DNA from: Promethearchaeota archaeon | GTDB lineage: Archaea; Asgardarchaeota; Lokiarchaeia; Sigyniarchaeales; SOKP01 | Assembly: GCA_048937405.1 (NCBI GenBank) | Contig: JBHLNF010000003.1 | Span: 128,001-192,000, forward strand | Length of the DNA stretch: 64,000 nt | Direction of reading: 5' to 3' | Shown: positions 51,640-61,052 of the stretch, one piece after another | Layout of the letters: the number at the start of each line of letters is the position of its first letter | Numbering within the stretch: position 1 is the first letter of the stretch | Made by a program: the position numbers and the translations under genes | Notes under the pieces: model-generated | Database searches by the model: none | Told to the model about the DNA's origin: nothing | Seen by the model: only the letters and a program-made list of their open reading frames with translations

Positions 51640-53724
51640 ATGGAAAATATACCCTCACATCCTATTTTAGAGATTCCGACCAGAAAAAAGATTTCATTTA
51701 GCTTTGATGGTAAAAAGTTAACTGCATTTGAAGATATGGTTATATCTTCAGCTCTTTTTCTTAACAAAATAAAAATTTTTGGTCATCATGTTAAAGATAA
51801 TAGTCCAATGGGTATTTTTTGTGCTAATGGTCAATGCTCACAATGTAATGTTATTGTTAATGGAATTCCTCAAAAAGCATGTATGACACCTCTAAAAGAT
51901 GATATGGTAATTAAAAGATGTAATGGATTACCGGAGCTACCTGCTATCGACAATCCTGTCATTGTTTCCAATTCTAAAATTTTTGACACTGAAGTACTTG
52001 TAATTGGTGCAGGTCCTGCGGGATTATCAGCTACTAAGATATTAGGAGAAAATAATGTTAAAGTGATTCTAATAGATGACAAAGCTGAACTTGGAGGTAA
52101 ACTGGTGCTCCAAACACATAAATTTTTTGGCTCACAAGAGGATGTTTATGCTGGTAAACGAGGGATACAAATTGCGAAAATTTTAGGTAAATCTATTAAA
52201 GCTTTATCAAGTGTTCAAACATGGTTAAATTCAGTTTGCGTAGCAGTTTTTAGTGATGGTTTAGTTGGATTCTTAAAAGAAAATAAAGAGTATACATTGA
52301 TAGAACCTAGATATTTATTAATTGCTACTGGAGCTAGAGAAAAAATGCTGATTTTCCCAGGAAATACACTACCAGGGGTATATGGTGCTGGTGCTTTTCA
52401 AACATTAATAAATCGTGATTTAGTAAAAGCCGCAGACAAAATATTTATAGTTGGAGGTGGAAATGTAGGACTTATAGCAGGATATCATGCTATTCAAGCG
52501 GGAATAGATGTTATTGGTTTAATTGAAGCATTACCTCAATGTGGAGGTTATAAAGTCCATGAAGACAAACTTAAAAGATTGGGGGTGCCAATCTATACAA
52601 GTCATACAATATTATCTGCTAATGGTAAAAATAATGTAGAATCTATAACCATTGCTCAAATTGATAAAAATTTTAATATTATTTCTGGAACTGAAAAGAC
52701 ATATGCCTGTGATACCATTTTAATTGCCGTAGGTTTGAATCCTGTTGATGAGTTCTTTCAAAAAGCAAAAAAGTTTGGATTTAAAGTTTGTGTGGCAGGT
52801 GATGCTCAAGAAATAGCAGAAGCTTCAGCTGCAATATTTACAGGGAAAATTGAAGCTTTAAAGATTCTTAAAAAAATGGGAATCAATATCTCAGAAAATA
52901 TTAGCAAATTAGAGGATTTTGCTAAAATTATGAAGACTAAACCTCCTCAACCAATTAAATCTGAAATTAAATTTAAAGAAGAGGGAATATACCCTGTTTT
53001 TTATTGTAATCAAGAGATCCCATGTAATCCTTGTACTACGGTATGTGAACAAGAACAAATTGAGACTCTTGATGATTTGATAACACAGTTACCTTATTTT
53101 AAATATGAAAAAGATTGTATTGGATGTGGAAAGTGTGTTGCTGTATGTCCAGGGTTAGCTGTTGTATTAATTGATTATCGCAAAGATCGAAATAATCCAT
53201 TGCTTACTTTTCCATTTGAGTTATCTGAGGAAAAGTTAGAAAAGGGTCAAGAGATAATTGTTGTCAGTAATGAAGTAGAATTAGGAATATTTGAAATTCA
53301 TAGATCCCGAATAATAAAAGAATTTCCTAAAACTCAACTAATCACTGTTAAATTGCCTTCTGAAATTGCTAAAAAGGCAGTAGCAATTAAACTTTCTCAA
53401 ACTAAATTCATTGAACCGATAGATTTATATCAAAACGCTATAACTGATGATGACACAATTGTATGTAGATGTGAACGTGTATCGGTAGGGGAAATTCGAA
53501 AGTGGATACGTTCAGGAGTTAAGGATTTCAATGAACTAAAGGCATTAACCAAAGTAGGAATGGGAGCTTGTGGAGGAAAAACATGTACGCCGCTAATTGA
53601 AAGAATATTTAGAGAAGAGGGTATATCAACTGATGAAATTATACCAGGAACAAAACGTCCTTTATTTATTGAAGTTCCGATGGGTATATTTGCTAATACT
53701 AAAAATAAATATGAGGAACGTTAA
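51640..53724 (+). CDS. Fused 2Fe-2S / FAD-NAD oxidoreductase / 2x4Fe-4S / BFD-like subunit (proline dehydrogenase or sarcosine oxidase alpha-like)
   Basis: 'CANGQCSQC', 'IGAGPAGLSA', 'ATGARE', 'GGGNVG', 'CNQEIPCNPCTTVC', 'CIGCGKCVAVCP', 'CRCE...GMGACGGKTC...RP'. Confidence 0.82.
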   Translation: MENIPSHPILEIPTRKKISFSFDGKKLTAFEDMVISSALFLNKIKIFGHHVKDNSPMGIFCANGQCSQCNVIVNGIPQKACMTPLKDDMVIKRCNGLPELPAIDNPVIVSNSKIFDTEVLVIGAGPAGLSATKILGENNVKVILIDDKAELGGKLVLQTHKFFGSQEDVYAGKRGIQIAKILGKSIKALSSVQTWLNSVCVAVFSDGLVGFLKENKEYTLIEPRYLLIATGAREKMLIFPGNTLPGVYGAGAFQTLINRDLVKAADKIFIVGGGNVGLIAGYHAIQAGIDVIGLIEALPQCGGYKVHEDKLKRLGVPIYTSHTILSANGKNNVESITIAQIDKNFNIISGTEKTYACDTILIAVGLNPVDEFFQKAKKFGFKVCVAGDAQEIAEASAAIFTGKIEALKILKKMGINISENISKLEDFAKIMKTKPPQPIKSEIKFKEEGIYPVFYCNQEIPCNPCTTVCEQEQIETLDDLITQLPYFKYEKDCIGCGKCVAVCPGLAVVLIDYRKDRNNPLLTFPFELSEEKLEKGQEIIVVSNEVELGIFEIHRSRIIKEFPKTQLITVKLPSEIAKKAVAIKLSQTKFIEPIDLYQNAITDDDTIVCRCERVSVGEIRKWIRSGVKDFNELKALTKVGMGACGGKTCTPLIERIFREEGISTDEIIPGTKRPLFIEVPMGIFANTKNKYEER

Positions 53725-54891
53725 ATGGTTGAGTATGATGTAATCATTATAGGCGCAGGCAGTGTTGGTGTTCCAACGGCTTTAGCTACTGCCAATGATG
53801 GGTTAAAAACACTTGTAATTGATTCATTACCCTCTGTAGCACAAGCAGATAATAAGCATGCTATTGGTGGAATTAGAGCTACTCACTCTCATAAGGGAAA
53901 AATATGGTTATGTCAAAGATCAATTGAAATTTTTTCTTCCTGGGAAGAACGATATGGAGATGATATTTGGTGGACTCAGGGAGGTTATACATTTTTAGCA
54001 TTTACTAAAGAACATGAAAATCAGTTAAAGGAAACTGTAAAACTTCAAAAAAGCTATGGATTAAATATTAATTATGTTAATGCTTATAAAATTAAGGATT
54101 TAATACCAGGTATCAATGATGATAATCTATTAGGGGGGACATATAGCCCTGAAGATGGCAATGCTTCCCCTCTATTATCATTACATGCATTTTTTCGAAG
54201 ATCAAAAAATTTAGGAGTAATTTATCAATTCAAGGAAAAAGTTACAGCTATAATAACTAAAAATAATAAAGTAATTGGGATCAAAACTACAAAAAGTCGA
54301 TATAAAACGCAATCAATTATTAATGCAGCAGGCGCTCATGCTAAAGAAATTGGAAATATGGTTGGCATAGATACCCCAGTAGAACCAGAATCACATGAAG
54401 CAGGAATAACAGAACCAGTAAAAAAATTCTTTACTCCAATGGTAGTGGATATTAGGGTTTGTTATGATCCCAAATTTGGAAACTCGAGGAATTATTATTT
54501 CTATCAAAATAAAGAGGGTAAAATACTTTTTTGTATAACTCCTGATCCAAATATTATAGGAATGGATCGTAATGAAACTAGCTCCTTTCTACCTCAGATC
54601 TCCAAAAGAATGATACAACTTCTTCCACGATTAAGGAACATAAAAGTTAGACGAACATGGCGAGGATTATATCCAATGACGTCTGATGGGAATCCAATCA
54701 TAGGAAAAGTAGATGAAATGAAAGGATATATTAATGCTGTTGGAATGTGTGGTCAAGGATTTATGCTGGGACCAGGATTAGGAGAACTTCTTAGTCGTAT
54801 TTTGACAGATAAAAAAACATTGAGAGATAAAGAGATCTTAGAATCTCTCTGCTATAATCGAGATTTCGGTGTAGAAGAAGAATTGAAATAA
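53725..54891 (+). CDS. FAD-dependent amino-acid dehydrogenase (DAO family; proline dehydrogenase/sarcosine oxidase beta-like)
   Basis: 'IIGAGSVG', 'INAAGAHA', 'RTWRGLYPMTSDGNPIIG', 'GMCGQGFMLGP'; abuts the upstream stop (TAAATG). Confidence 0.85.
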   Translation: MVEYDVIIIGAGSVGVPTALATANDGLKTLVIDSLPSVAQADNKHAIGGIRATHSHKGKIWLCQRSIEIFSSWEERYGDDIWWTQGGYTFLAFTKEHENQLKETVKLQKSYGLNINYVNAYKIKDLIPGINDDNLLGGTYSPEDGNASPLLSLHAFFRRSKNLGVIYQFKEKVTAIITKNNKVIGIKTTKSRYKTQSIINAAGAHAKEIGNMVGIDTPVEPESHEAGITEPVKKFFTPMVVDIRVCYDPKFGNSRNYYFYQNKEGKILFCITPDPNIIGMDRNETSSFLPQISKRMIQLLPRLRNIKVRRTWRGLYPMTSDGNPIIGKVDEMKGYINAVGMCGQGFMLGPGLGELLSRILTDKKTLRDKEILESLCYNRDFGVEEELK

Positions 54892-54977
54892 CTATATTAA
54901 AAGAAATAATCTCAACTGATTTATATCTAATATTCCTTTTTAATATTAAATTATCAAAGAAAAATTAAGTTTTTAAA

Positions 54978-55910
54978 ATGGTTCGACATCTATTAAAAGT
55001 CTCTGATTTTTCAAAGAATGAGTGTGAGAAGGTTATTGATAAAGCAATCGAATTAAAGAAAAATTCTAAGAAATTTAATTCAACCTTACAAGGTGAAACA
55101 CTTTTAATGTTTTTTGAAAAACCTTCTTTAAGAACAAGAATTTCATTTGAAACAGGAATGCAGCAATTGGGGGGACATGCAATTTTCTATTCGATTAAAG
55201 ACTCACCTTTAGGTAAAAAAGAAAACATATCAGACACAGCAAAAGTTGCTTCTAGATTTGTAAATATTATTGCTGCTAGAGTTTTTAAGCGACAAGTCAT
55301 AATGGATCTTGCTAAATATGCCGATGTGCCAGTTATAAATATGTTGGATGATTTTGCCCATCCATGCCAAATTTTAGGAGACTTTCAGACCATTAAAGAG
55401 AAGAAAAATAGTTTAACTAACATGAAACTCTCTTATTTTGGTGATGCTTATAACAATGTTACTTATGATTTAATGCGAATCTGTGCGATGTTTGGATGGA
55501 GAATGGTCGTTGCATGCCCTAACGCTCCAGAATATTCACCTGAACAAATAGTTTTAGATGAAGTTTCTAATTTATCTAAAGAAACTGGTGCTGAAATACA
55601 AGTTATTCATGATGCCATGGAAGCTGCTCGAGATTCTGATGTTATATATACCGATAGTTGGATGAGTTATGGAATACCTCAAGAACAAGAAGAAGAACGG
55701 AAAAAGGTTTTTATGCCTTTTCAAGTCACATCCTCAATTATGAGAGTTGCAAAATCAGATGCTATATTCATGAATTGTTTGCCAGCAATGAGAGGTTATG
55801 AACAAACTGCTGATGTTATTGATGGTCCTCAATCAATTGTTTATGATCAAGCAGAAAATAGATTGCATATCCAAAAAGCAATTATGCTCTTTTTACGTGG
55901 CAAAATTTAG
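54978..55910 (+). CDS. arcB: Ornithine carbamoyltransferase (probably catabolic)
   Basis: 'FEKPSLRTRISFE', 'HPCQ', 'YTDSWMSYG', 'FMNCLPA.RG', 'QAENRLH'. Confidence 0.9.
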   Translation: MVRHLLKVSDFSKNECEKVIDKAIELKKNSKKFNSTLQGETLLMFFEKPSLRTRISFETGMQQLGGHAIFYSIKDSPLGKKENISDTAKVASRFVNIIAARVFKRQVIMDLAKYADVPVINMLDDFAHPCQILGDFQTIKEKKNSLTNMKLSYFGDAYNNVTYDLMRICAMFGWRMVVACPNAPEYSPEQIVLDEVSNLSKETGAEIQVIHDAMEAARDSDVIYTDSWMSYGIPQEQEEERKKVFMPFQVTSSIMRVAKSDAIFMNCLPAMRGYEQTADVIDGPQSIVYDQAENRLHIQKAIMLFLRGKI

Positions 55911-56022
55911 ATTTAGATCATGTCTATTAAATATATATATTGGATAATAATATTTTTAACTAGATTATACAAAAATAATTCTTTATGTATCACTATACTT
56001 TAACTTGTTTCAATAAGATAAT

Positions 56023-57579
56023 ATGGGCGAACAAGAATTAGAAAAGAAATTAAAGCCTGAAGAATTAGTTTATGCAGAAAACTTTGTTGAAGAGGGAGAA
56101 TTTGATAAAGCTCTTAAACTTTTAAATATATTTGAAAAAAAAAAAAATATTCTTTATCATGATAAATTATCTTGCTATCATTTAATGGGACAAATATTAA
56201 TATGGAAGGGAAACTATGAAGAAGCTATTAAAATAAGTGAAGAAATGTATAATATATCCCAATTATATAAAGATGAACTCCACTCAATAGATGCTTTAAT
56301 TTTACTCTCTCATATTTATACTTATCAGTATAATGATGATATGGCTCTTGATAAAATTAATCAATCGGAAAATCTATTAGAAAAAGTCTCCAAAGAATCA
56401 TCAGAAATTTTATTAAAAAGAGAAGCTCATTTGTTCTATTGTAAAGGTTTAATTTATTTTCATAAAGGTAATATTGATCAAGCTTTTGAGTATCTAGAAA
56501 GAAGCCTAATTCTGCGAAAAGAACTCGGTAATAAACAAGAAATCGCTGAATCTCTTTATAGTATGGCACGGATTTTAGCTTATAATGGGGAATTTGATCG
56601 AGCTTTTAACATTTTGGAACATAGTTTGACATTCGCAACGGAAAGTAAAAGCATATTTTATATGGGGCTAAACTATAATACTCTTGGGGTAATATATTTA
56701 TGGAAAGGTAAAATTAATCAAAGTCTAAAAAATTTTGAAAAAAGCCTAGCAATTTTCAAGAAAGTTAAAAATAATCTTGTTATTTGTGGTCTTCTCAACA
56801 ATATAAGCGAAGCATATTATTTAAAAGGGAATTTAAATCAAGCTTTAAATTGCTTAGAACATAGTTTATTGTTAGAAAACGATATTGATATTGGACACTT
56901 AAAAATTAATACCCTTGATACAGCAATTCAATTCGCTCTTGAAATTAAAGATACTAATCGGGCTTTAGAATACTTTCATGAATTAGAAAAGATCAATGAT
57001 CAAGAGGATAGTAAAAAAATTAAATTCATATACCTCTATAATAAGGCTTTAATACTGAAATCGAGTTCGTTGTATAGTAATCAAATTAGAGCTAGGGAGA
57101 TATTAAAGAAGATCGTTGAAAAAAAAATCCCACTTCTATTCGAAACTTCAGTTAGGGCCTTGCTTAATTTATGTGATATATTATTAACCGAATTACATGA
57201 GACAACTAACTTGGAATTGTTGGATCAAATTCAAATTTATATTAATCAAATATTGGGTATTGCTCGGAATCAAAAATTATATTGGCTATTGGTAGAATCA
57301 TATTTATTGGAAGTAATTTTAGATTTGATAAAATTAGATTTAAAGAAAGCTCAAAAAACATTAATCGAAGCTCAAAGAATAGCTGAAAAATATGGTATGA
57401 ATCAATTAGTTGGAAAAATATCGATAGAACAGAATAAGTTATACAAACAAAAAAATAGATGGTTTAAATTGAAGGATTCAGATAAAACAATAATAGAACT
57501 TGCAAATTTAATCCCATTAAAGGAACAATTAAGCTATATGCTCAAAAAGCGTGAAATCTTTAAAAAATTTAATATCTAA
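56023..57579 (+). CDS. Tetratricopeptide-repeat protein
   Basis: Repeated 'G.IY..KG..DQA..Y.E.SL.L...' 34-40 aa helical units. Confidence 0.85.
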   Translation: MGEQELEKKLKPEELVYAENFVEEGEFDKALKLLNIFEKKKNILYHDKLSCYHLMGQILIWKGNYEEAIKISEEMYNISQLYKDELHSIDALILLSHIYTYQYNDDMALDKINQSENLLEKVSKESSEILLKREAHLFYCKGLIYFHKGNIDQAFEYLERSLILRKELGNKQEIAESLYSMARILAYNGEFDRAFNILEHSLTFATESKSIFYMGLNYNTLGVIYLWKGKINQSLKNFEKSLAIFKKVKNNLVICGLLNNISEAYYLKGNLNQALNCLEHSLLLENDIDIGHLKINTLDTAIQFALEIKDTNRALEYFHELEKINDQEDSKKIKFIYLYNKALILKSSSLYSNQIRAREILKKIVEKKIPLLFETSVRALLNLCDILLTELHETTNLELLDQIQIYINQILGIARNQKLYWLLVESYLLEVILDLIKLDLKKAQKTLIEAQRIAEKYGMNQLVGKISIEQNKLYKQKNRWFKLKDSDKTIIELANLIPLKEQLSYMLKKREIFKKFNI

Positions 57580-57750
57580 TGATTGCCCATATTCATTTTC
57601 AATTAAACTTTACAAAAGGAAAAAAAATATAGATTTGAAGTATATTGATTTAGGTGTGGTAAATCATGAAACCATTAATCTAGATTAATAGATTCTTCGT
57701 AGTATTTTTTATTTAAAGATTTAACGTACCACTCAGTCTTTCTCATGTAA

Positions 57751-58752
57751 TTAAGTATGAAATAATAATATTCCTTTTTTTTTTTTAATTAATATTGTTG
57801 ATATTGCTATAATTATTCCAATAATAACTATTGAATATCCTGGAATTATTGTTTTTGGTTGCTTACATTCAAAATTATTATCTTTCAAGTTATTCCCTGA
57901 AGTTCCTGATTCGTAATAATTCAGGAAGCTCCCGCAGAAAAGGTTTCCTATTATATTATTATAAGAACTTCCTATTAACCATAATCCTCGATCGATATTA
58001 TTATGACCTTTATTATACAAGATTTGGTTATAATCACTATGTATTTCTAGAAGCATTCCTGTAAAACCATTACTACTTACAATGTTTTCTGATATTGTAT
58101 TATTCACACATCTGGATAAATGTATCCCATATCCTCTTGGTTGGGCTCCATCTTTTCTTATATAGCTATTGTTATTTATTATATTACCAGAAATCGTGTT
58201 TTTAGTACAATCTTTCATAATAATTCCGTTACAACCATTATCAGAGCAATTATTGTTAATGACTGCACCATTACTAACAGTTTCAAGTCGTAATCCTGCA
58301 TCAGTCAGATCAGTTCCACTATTGTAAAAGCTACAGTATCTAAGTGCGAAATATACCTCAGAAAACTTGATCTCAAGACAGTTTCCAACACCATTACCAT
58401 CTATACTAATATTTTCAATTATATAAGGATTGGACCAACTTCCATCACCTCCACCAAACCAATATTGACTCTCAACCCAAGTCCAATTATGAGCTCCAAC
58501 ACCTCCAGCAAGTCCTTCAATAATAAATGGACTCAATTCAAAATAGCTTGAAATTTTCAGCTTTTCATTATTGAAATCATTGAAGAATTCATCATTTCTT
58601 AAATCATTTTTATGAGGTAGTAATATTATTAAAGAAAAACAAATTGAGAGTGTTAGGAATGTGAGGAGTATACCTAAATTTCTGTTTGCTTTCATTATTC
58701 TGATTCTCACTTTTTTTTGATCAAATCGTCTTTTTTTAGTAGATTTCTTCAC
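57751..58752 (-). CDS. Surface protein with right-handed beta-helix (NosD/CASH-like) and Loki-CTERM-like anchor
   Basis: N-terminal TM; 'GDGSWSNPYIIENISI'; 'NNTIS.N.I..N' repeats; C-terminal 'IPGY' + hydrophobic helix + KKKK. Confidence 0.8.
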   Translation of the reverse strand: MKKSTKKRRFDQKKVRIRIMKANRNLGILLTFLTLSICFSLIILLPHKNDLRNDEFFNDFNNEKLKISSYFELSPFIIEGLAGGVGAHNWTWVESQYWFGGGDGSWSNPYIIENISIDGNGVGNCLEIKFSEVYFALRYCSFYNSGTDLTDAGLRLETVSNGAVINNNCSDNGCNGIIMKDCTKNTISGNIINNNSYIRKDGAQPRGYGIHLSRCVNNTISENIVSSNGFTGMLLEIHSDYNQILYNKGHNNIDRGLWLIGSSYNNIIGNLFCGSFLNYYESGTSGNNLKDNNFECKQPKTIIPGYSIVIIGIIIAISTILIKKKKGILLFHT

Positions 58753-58755
58753 ATT

Positions 58756-58794
58756 AAATGATACAGTATGAAGAAAATGGACAAATGATACTGT
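58756..58794. promoter_or_regulatory. Repeat between divergent genes, candidate operator
   Basis: AAATGATACAGT (58756) and AAATGATACTGT (58783), also forming the inverted pair ACAGTAT/ATACTGT. Confidence 0.35.
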
Positions 58795-58923
58795 TCCATT
58801 CTATGTGATATTTGAGACACACTCATATTTAAATGTTACCATCACTATTTAATTTATAAAGAAAATAAAATTACATTAAAACAAAATTAACAATTGTTTT
58901 ATAGTTATTAATTAAAGTTCAAA

Positions 58924-59715
58924 TTGATTATCTTTATGAAAAACAATCAAAATGATAAATTAGAAAGAACTGATAAAAGAAATATTGATAATTTAGATAA
59001 AGGAACGGGAGATTTAACAATTAAACCTAAATTTTATGGAGACCTCTATTTGGGAAAAGATTGGGAATCTTTAATTTCTAAACATACATTACGCTATGAT
59101 CTATGGATATTACTCAATCTATACCAGGAATTAAATGTTAGTCAAATAAGTAAATATATAAAACAAAGCAAATCTACGGTATCAAGAGTTTTAAAAGCTA
59201 TGGAAAGTGATGGTCTTCTAGAATCTAGACGAGGAAAAATAAAAGTAGGAGAACGAGAAAGAATTCCACCAAAATACTATCATATTAACGAATTATATAA
59301 GAAAGAGGAGGAGATCGAAAAAGATATAAAGGAAGTACCTTCAGATCCGCTAAAATTGCATGAATTCTTACTTTCAGAAATTAGAACCTGTCGAAGTGCT
59401 ATATACAATGTTATTAGATTGGTTAATTACTTAAGTGCGGGAATAAATTATCTTGATGATCATTTAGAAGAGATTGGGAAAGCTAAAGAGATCTATGTAA
59501 AGTTATTGTCAGGAATAAATGAACCAGAATTTAACTTTATATTTTTAGATAAAAAAAGATTTAGGAAATTTTATGATCTTCGTTTAGAATATATGTTGAA
59601 ATTAAAAAAATTAATTATGGAACAAGATTTAGACGCAGATAGTGCCTTCATCTATTTTGATTCTTTTTTGCCATTAAAAACTCTTTTAGAATTGTATAAA
59701 AAAGAAAAACTATAA
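58924..59715 (+). CDS. ArsR/MarR-type winged-HTH transcriptional regulator
   Basis: 'LRYDLWILL..YQELNVSQISKYIKQSKSTVSRVLKAMESDGLLES...KYYHI'. The start may be ATG58936. Confidence 0.8.
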   Translation: MIIFMKNNQNDKLERTDKRNIDNLDKGTGDLTIKPKFYGDLYLGKDWESLISKHTLRYDLWILLNLYQELNVSQISKYIKQSKSTVSRVLKAMESDGLLESRRGKIKVGERERIPPKYYHINELYKKEEEIEKDIKEVPSDPLKLHEFLLSEIRTCRSAIYNVIRLVNYLSAGINYLDDHLEEIGKAKEIYVKLLSGINEPEFNFIFLDKKRFRKFYDLRLEYMLKLKKLIMEQDLDADSAFIYFDSFLPLKTLLELYKKEKL

Positions 59716-59833
59716 TTTAATTTTTTTATTGAATGAATGGGGAAATTTATTAAAAAAATTAAATAAGCAGGGGAATTTAATAAATTTATTTTTACTTTAA
59801 ATACGCAGATACTCTCGATGTTCACTTATAAAT

Positions 59834-59946
59834 TGATAATCGCCCTGGGTTTATACGAGTAGGCTTATTTTATCCCAATATACTCGTTCAGAACGAGATG
59901 ATATGACACTTACAGGAGCAAGGAAAACATCTTCCGGGATTAATCA
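59834..59946. ncRNA. Candidate structured non-coding RNA / cis-element
   Basis: GC-richer island in an AT-rich spacer. Pairings: TGATAATC/GATTAATCA (ends), ACGAGTA/TACTCGT, AGATG/CATCT. TTTAAATA lies ~30 nt upstream on +. Confidence 0.35.
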
Positions 59947-60086
59947 GTTAAGATTTCATCTAATAAAAATTTGATATTAGAAATAATAAGAAAGACTCTA
60001 AATTCTCTGAAAAAATTTTAAATATTAAGTTAAATATAATCTATTTTTCATTTACTTTTATATAATTTTACCTAGAGGTCTAATTA

Positions 60087-60998
60087 TTGAAAACATTAAT
60101 TATAGCCCTTGGTGGAAATGCTTTAATAAAATTTGGAGAAGAAGGTACAACTGAGGAACAATTTCGAAATTTGAAGGTACCTATTAGCCAAATTGCAGAA
60201 TTAGCAAAAGAATATAATATTATTATTACACATGGCAATGGTCCACAAGTTGGAAATCTTTTATTACAACAGGAAGCAACTGCATTTGTCTCAAAAAGTC
60301 CACTACAAATATTAGTGGCAGAAACTCAAGGTCAAATTGGATTTATGATTGAAAGTACTTTAGACGAAGAACTCATGAAATTAGGATTGGATGTAGAAAA
60401 GTTCTTCCTTACTGTTTTAACTTATGTAGAAGTTGATCCTAAGGATCCTGCATTTAGAAATCCAACGAAACCAATTGGACCTGCCTATCCAGTACGTACG
60501 AAATTAGGCCAAATCAAAACAGCTAAGGGATGGCGTCGTGTAGTTCCTTCTCCTAATCCAATAAAGATTTACCAATGGCGTGAAATAAAAAAACTTATGG
60601 AACTTGGAAGTTGGATTGTAATAGCATGTGGTGGAGGAGGTATTCCTGTCATAAAAGAGGGGAATAATTTATATGGAGTTGAAGCTGTTATTGATAAGGA
60701 TCTTGCTAGTGCTAAATTAGCAGAACAAATCAAAGCAGATATTTTACTGATAGCAACAGATGTTGAGAAGGTTGCTTTAAATTATATGAAATCTAATGAG
60801 AAATTATTGGATAGACTATTAGTATCAGAAGCAGAACAATATTTAGAAGAAGGACAATTCCCTGCAGGAAGTATGGGTCCAAAAGTGAGAGCTGTAATAA
60901 ATTTTTTAAAGTCTGGAGGGAAGCAAGCTATAATTACTTCTATTAACAAGATAAAAGATGCTCTGAAAGGTAAAGCAGGAACTCACTTTTTTATATAA
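60087..60998 (+). CDS. arcC: Carbamate kinase
   Basis: 'IALGGNAL', 'ITHGNGPQVG', 'DPAFRNPTKPIGP', 'GWRRVVPSP.P', 'GGGGIPV', 'EAVIDKD', 'GSMGPKV'. Confidence 0.95.
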   Translation: MKTLIIALGGNALIKFGEEGTTEEQFRNLKVPISQIAELAKEYNIIITHGNGPQVGNLLLQQEATAFVSKSPLQILVAETQGQIGFMIESTLDEELMKLGLDVEKFFLTVLTYVEVDPKDPAFRNPTKPIGPAYPVRTKLGQIKTAKGWRRVVPSPNPIKIYQWREIKKLMELGSWIVIACGGGGIPVIKEGNNLYGVEAVIDKDLASAKLAEQIKADILLIATDVEKVALNYMKSNEKLLDRLLVSEAEQYLEEGQFPAGSMGPKVRAVINFLKSGGKQAIITSINKIKDALKGKAGTHFFI

Positions 60999-61052
60999 AG
61001 TAATTTATGAATTTATAATACTTCAAAATCTTATAGATAATAATTTTTACAA

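Noticed and set aside
56135-56147. A13 tract in the TPR gene (and T12 at 57775-57786) as phase-variation sites
   Set aside because: Frames are intact, and poly-Lys/A runs are common in such AT-rich DNA; no evidence without reads.
59834-59946. 5S rRNA, SRP RNA or tRNA identity for the structured island
   Set aside because: Size and junction are 5S-like and 'CAGGAGCAAGGAA' faintly recalls SRP helix 8, but the conserved 5S loop C, SRP and tRNA motifs are not properly placed.
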